Assembly (NCBI GenBank): GCA_050115495.1
Contig: JASFQK010000023.1
Location: forward strand, 1 to 64,000
Direction: 5' to 3'
Origin: Phycisphaerae bacterium
GTDB lineage: Bacteria > Planctomycetota > Phycisphaerae > UBA1845 > Fen-1342
DNA length: 64,000 nucleotides
The translations under genes and the position numbers were made by a program. Each line of letters opens with the position of its first letter. The stretch's first letter is position 1. A model generated the notes under the pieces. That model was not told the origin of the DNA. It did no database searches and saw nothing but the letters and a program-made list of their open reading frames with translations. Positions 62,456-64,000 of this stretch are shown here, in pieces.

Positions 62456-63343
62456 ATGCTGACCGACAACATCCTGGACCTGATCGGAAATTCGCCTTTG
62501 TTGAAGCTCAATGGCGAGCGGATCTACGCGAAGGCGGAGTTTCTGAACCCCGGGGGCAGCGTCAAGGACCGCGTGGCCCGGGCCCTGATCGAGGGGGCCG
62601 AGCGGCGCGGGGAGCTCAAGCCGGACTCGGTCATCGTCGAGCCGACTTCGGGCAACACGGGCATCGGCCTGGCGCTGGTCGGGCGGCAGAAGGGCTACCG
62701 CGTGCGGATCGTCATGCCCGAGGGGATGAGCGTCGAACGGAAGAAGCTCATCCTTGCGCTCGGGGCCGAGCTGGTGCAGACGCCCGATCGCGAGTCGATC
62801 CCCGGCGCCGTGGCTCGCGCCCGGCAGATCGCCGCCGACGATCCCCGTGTCTACATGCCCGACCAGTTCGGGAATCCGGACAACCCGCGGGCCCACTACG
62901 AAGAGACGGCACCGGAGCTGTGGCGGCAGATGACGGGCAACATCGATTGCTTCGTGGCCGGTGTGGGCAGCGGTGGGACGTTGCAGGGCGTGGGTCGCTT
63001 CCTCAAGGAGCGGCGGCCTGGCGTGAAGATCATCGCCGTCGAACCAAAGAACGTGGCGGCTCTGCTCGGCCACGAGCCCGGCCTGCACCAGATCCAGGGT
63101 ATCGGCGACGGGTTCATCCCGGCGGTGCTGGACGTCTCGCTCGTCGATGACGTCGTGGAGGTGACCGACGAGGACGCGATCGAGACGACGCGGCAGCTCG
63201 GCGCCAACAACGGTTTGCTGGTCGGGATCTCGTCGGGGGCGAACGTCTGGGCGGCGCGACAACTCAAGGACAGGTTCCGCGGCAACATCGCCACCGTGCT
63301 GCCGGACCGTGCCGAGCGGTATTTCAGCACGGCGCTGCTGTAG
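62456..63343 (+). CDS. cysK: Cysteine synthase A
   Basis: Start ATG 62456. KAEFLNPGGSVKDR, EPTSGNTG, GVGSGGT, HQIQGIG, GISSGA, PDRAERYFST. Confidence 0.92.
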   Translation: MLTDNILDLIGNSPLLKLNGERIYAKAEFLNPGGSVKDRVARALIEGAERRGELKPDSVIVEPTSGNTGIGLALVGRQKGYRVRIVMPEGMSVERKKLILALGAELVQTPDRESIPGAVARARQIAADDPRVYMPDQFGNPDNPRAHYEETAPELWRQMTGNIDCFVAGVGSGGTLQGVGRFLKERRPGVKIIAVEPKNVAALLGHEPGLHQIQGIGDGFIPAVLDVSLVDDVVEVTDEDAIETTRQLGANNGLLVGISSGANVWAARQLKDRFRGNIATVLPDRAERYFSTALL

Positions 63344-63486
63344 CGCGGCTCCCGCCGCCGATCATGTGTTGAATCCCGCGGGCGGCATCCACTAAGATTG
63401 AGACTGGCGTATCAGGCGAGCCGCCGGCGGCCATGGGGCCGGCCGGCCGTATCTGGGTTCGTCTGTCGACACCGGAGGAGAAGAGG

Positions 63487-64000
63487 ATGACGGCGAAGGG
63501 GTTGTGTATTGCGCTGCTGGCGGTGTGGGGGACGGGGTTGGCCGGCGCGCAGATCATCCGGGTGGACGACGATGCGCCGGCGGGTGGCGACGGAAGCAGT
63601 TGGACGACGGCGTTTCGGTGCCTCCAGGATGCAATCGCCGTCGCCGGCACGGGGACGGAGATTCGCGTGGCCGGGGGGCGGTACTTCCCGGATCGCGACG
63701 AGGTCGGGGAGATCACGCCGGGTGATCGGTCGGCGTCGTTCATGCTGAGGGCGCACGTGGCGGTGCGGGGTGGCTATGCGGGTCTGGCCGATCCGGAGCA
63801 TCCGGACGTGCGGAACCTGTCGCTATACGAGTCGATCCTCAGCGGCGATCTCGCTGAGGATGACGAGCCCGGCTTTGTGAACGATGCGGAGAACAGCCGG
63901 CACGTGGTCTATGGCCCGGGCGTGTCGTCGACGGCGGTGCTGGACGGGGTGACCATCACGGGGGGCAACGCCGACGGCGAGGGGGATGCGTCCGAGGGCG
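63487..64000 (+). CDS. Secreted right-handed beta-helix (pectin-lyase-like) protein, 5' partial
   Basis: GGAGGAG upstream, signal peptide, VDDDAPAGGDGSSWTTAF..LQDA, IRVAGG.Y.PD, SILSGD, LDGVTITGGNA. Runs off the window edge. Confidence 0.85.
   Translation, partial: MTAKGLCIALLAVWGTGLAGAQIIRVDDDAPAGGDGSSWTTAFRCLQDAIAVAGTGTEIRVAGGRYFPDRDEVGEITPGDRSASFMLRAHVAVRGGYAGLADPEHPDVRNLSLYESILSGDLAEDDEPGFVNDAENSRHVVYGPGVSSTAVLDGVTITGGNADGEGDASEG

Overview
High-GC bacterial chromosome segment. The protein families, REP-like palindromes and beta-helix/HAF secreted proteins are most consistent with Planctomycetota, probably Phycisphaerae (inference). Left arm (1-15 kb): HEPN-like hypothetical, propionyl-CoA synthetase, a ~1.04 kb region without a credible CDS, PIN-PhoH ATPase, HAF-repeat secreted protein, HlyD/ABC-2 exporter, MoxR and a PocR-domain hybrid kinase. 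Middle (15.4-55.6 kb): a ~40 kb surface-glycan locus with two WecB epimerases, many GT4/GT2 transferases, an O-antigen-ligase-like protein, Wza/Wzc-like export, Wzm/Wzt, RmlA/B/C-like enzymes, aminotransferase, N-formyltransferase and several families usually found at PEP-CTERM/exosortase loci. Right arm: fpr, glgP, a 37-aa (AKKKV)n protein missed by the ORF track, a fucose-isomerase-like gene, cysK and a truncated beta-helix protein. The top finding is a candidate ~1,040-nt highly structured non-coding RNA on the minus strand (about 3923 to 2881). It has a near-consensus sigma70 promoter, a helix pairing its 5' and 3' ends followed by U6, several C(UUCG)G hairpins and about ten copies of a short internal motif, and it lies directly downstream of a PIN-PhoH gene. 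A recurring sigma28-like CGATA promoter motif also precedes many units of the glycan locus. All calls are from reading the sequence; no database search or folding was run.
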